A stretch of DNA of 63,739 nucleotides, filler included, from a bacterium (GTDB lineage Bacteria > JBDRGX01): the NCBI GenBank assembly GCA_043817485.1. It is 7 parts of 7 records of this genome, joined end to end, with 100 filler letters (N's around TTAATTAATTAA, not from the genome) between each part and the next. Parts side by side here need not be neighbours in the genome. Positions count along the whole stretch, not along the records: positions 53,067 to 63,739 come from JBDRGX010000050.1; 6 more parts are not named here. One strand, 5' to 3'. The position numbers and the translations under genes are program-made. Each line of letters opens with the position of its first letter. The first letter of the stretch is position 1. This document shows, piece by piece, positions 62,501 to 63,739 of this stretch. The notes under the pieces were generated by a model. That model made no database searches. It was given only the letters and a program-made list of their open reading frames with translations, and had not been told where the DNA came from.

Positions 62501-63739
62501 AATTAAAAACCCAATTAGAGAATTATCATCTACAGTAAGATCATAAAAACTTCCTGTATAATAATGTATTCTAAATTCATAATCCCAATAATTAGAACCC
62601 AAAGCATAAGAAGAATTTCCTTGTTGAATACCAACACCATTTGGATCTACTGACCAACTTCCAGATCCCGTATTATTAAAATAACGATCAGATAAAGTTC
62701 CATTTGTTACACGCAAAGCATTTTCATAATCATTATTTAATTTAAAATCACGAGGAACAGTAGAAGAAAAAGGATTAGATTGTTCTTGATAAATTTGACA
62801 ATAATCATTAGAGTTTTGTGTAGTATCATATACTCTTAAACCACAATAAATATATTCAACTCCAGTTGAATTCTGAGCTAAATAAAGAATAGCATTTTTA
62901 GTATCTCCAGCAAGATTAGTTAAAAGAATATTTTTTTCATAATAACCTCTCCATTCATTTTCACCAATAGTTCCATTAATAACTGGATTTGACATACCAT
63001 TAGGAATATTAGATGTTCCAAAAATAAAATTTTTTTTAGAAGTTCCTAATCTAATATCTGCCCAACCAGGAGAAACATTAGCATTATTAGAATTTCCATT
63101 GGTTGCATTCCAATAAACTAAATCAGGAGATGCTCCATTTTTAAATATTTCTAAAAAAAAACCTAATTCATTACCAGAAGCACTCGATGTTCCTCCATTA
63201 ACAAAAAGATCCTGTGACCCTCCATTAATAGGTATTCTAAATTCCCAATTATAAACATTGGTAAAATAAGCTTCTGCTGCATCCAAGTTTATTGATGTAT
63301 CATTTGTCCAAATTGACCCATTCCAATAACGATCATAAGGACTCCATGCTCCTCCTCTACGATTTGAACTAACCATATTATCGTTATTTGTATCTAAATT
63401 ATCATTATGGTTACCATTTGGAAAACCTTGATCAAAATATAAAGTTACACGGTTATTATTAGAATTATTTTCAAACCAATAAACTAAGCCAACATAAAGA
63501 TTATTAGCATCATTCATTAAATATAAATAAGCAGAATTCCCATCACTAAGAGTAATTTGTCTAACAGAAGCATCTTTCCATTCAGTTGGTGTTGTTCCAG
63601 AAATAGTTGTTCCTATAGAATTTATTTTATCAGTAATACATCCATTAATTACAGGTGGAGAATCACACCAATTACTATAAAGTTGTAAAGATTTTCCTTG
63701 TTTTTCTAAAACATGAGATTGAGCAAAATTAAAAAATAA
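59585..63739 (-). CDS. Large secreted protein with tandem bacterial Ig-like repeats and FlgD-Ig/T9SS-type tail (5' end outside window)
   Basis: Frame open to window end; repeated KVEF..LGED..PY..W.T..DG....A.D..N..IDNT units; C-terminal NPF..IKIYD.MG.LVR..WNG.N..GSGIYIY. Confidence 0.85.
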   Translation of the reverse strand, partial: LFFNFAQSHVLEKQGKSLQLYSNWCDSPPVINGCITDKINSIGTTISGTTPTEWKDASVRQITLSDGNSAYLYLMNDANNLYVGLVYWFENNSNNNRVTLYFDQGFPNGNHNDNLDTNNDNMVSSNRRGGAWSPYDRYWNGSIWTNDTSINLDAAEAYFTNVYNWEFRIPINGGSQDLFVNGGTSSASGNELGFFLEIFKNGASPDLVYWNATNGNSNNANVSPGWADIRLGTSKKNFIFGTSNIPNGMSNPVINGTIGENEWRGYYEKNILLTNLAGDTKNAILYLAQNSTGVEYIYCGLRVYDTTQNSNDYCQIYQEQSNPFSSTVPRDFKLNNDYENALRVTNGTLSDRYFNNTGSGSWSVDPNGVGIQQGNSSYALGSNYWDYEFRIHYYTGSFYDLTVDDNSLIGFLISYHDEDMPLGRQNFWLESIANTDTQFVDSTSTSTNISIGWAYLQLGAPYLQVMYPSKNSIIEGTYPLCAYVLPADIWGLSISKVEYQIEGDSNWIQMTQISNTPYFVADFNTMIRADGTYELKIKAIDSSNIEIIQIRNITIQNNSTNNINLPTVTISTPNSGTAVSGSISINFTAIAVNPATIVSTEISFDGSTYTSATSPYIWDTTNIPNGSHIFRIKATDSLNKIGYSEIRLIVVDNAAPQSIGIIFPIQNSYHKGNLIIEALVADNLSIAKVEFWDGIPGTGTKLGEDIGSSNGWIYTWGTTSANDGIHNIYARAIDGQGNMLDSRSIIITIDNTTPTITNITLPLVNTYLKETFKIVANGTDAIGINRIVFYNGNPTANGILLGEDKTSPYEYIWTTNQQDDGIKNLYVRVYDNTENFKDSEAITITIDNTKPTVSTLTSPISGIYSGNLVLTAEATDINLDKVEFYKNGAKLGEDKTSPYTYTWNTINKDDGAHTLYVKAIDKSGNELASESIAITIDNTSPENCVITKPLPNSIHKGSLTIEASVADAIGIEKIEFYSQKKEKEETIIGLDTSKENGWKIVWDTLKIEDGLYDIYSIVYDQRNNKLVSNKVEITIDNTSPKIESVIITPLPVKVDKEQEVYVEKITLTIITKDETSGVKTINLKIINNKEEEFFKKEIVPVENKIIAYIPQLVEGSNNISIIAFDKISNKSETYKQTIFYKIPKNSDTIGINGGIIKSPDRTSIEIPINALQNDIKISIQTISPNLLVKPLDPQLKLVSGFRKIGPENLVFYKPVIITIPYTHSDIELSKDVSLEQENKLEIFCWEGQEWVRCGIEKRDVSENLISVKVNHLGIFGIGINLDPFVKKDKAFLTRNPFRLEDGTTFVIDLVKDSSITIKIYDIMGDLVRVLVKDKSERAGENNSYAWNGLNQFDNYVGSGIYIYRIEIKTDKEIKKFSNLIGVVK

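Overview
Very AT-rich bacterial draft-genome window made of seven contig pieces joined by six artificial 100-nt N/TTAATTAATTAA linkers, so adjacency across linkers has no biological meaning. Most of it is diderm housekeeping content: tldD/pmbA, ispF, ribD/ribE, panC, murG/murC/murA, pyrG, accA, tRNA-Val(GAC), rpmB, glyQ, mtaB, rpsB-tsf-pyrH-frr, kdsB, rsmE, tilS, ptsN-hprK, alaS, mnmE. It also has a PorV-like gene and several secreted proteins with T9SS/FlgD-Ig-type C-terminal tails. The most unusual signals are non-coding. (1) Two divergent copies of a symmetric ~119-bp MITE-like element (GAGACTGTGTC ends), each abutting the centre of a GTAG-type REP palindrome and each carrying two NrdR-box-like palindromes 31 bp apart at identical offsets. 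(2) A 353-bp unit in which a GIY-YIG nuclease ORF is exactly bracketed by 30-bp inverted repeats. (3) Self-nested perfect palindromes. Other oddities: accA ends inside tRNA-Val, a Trp-to-amber interruption in one of two paralogous secreted phosphoesterases, a probable ATT start for acylphosphatase, and two poly-A frameshifts.
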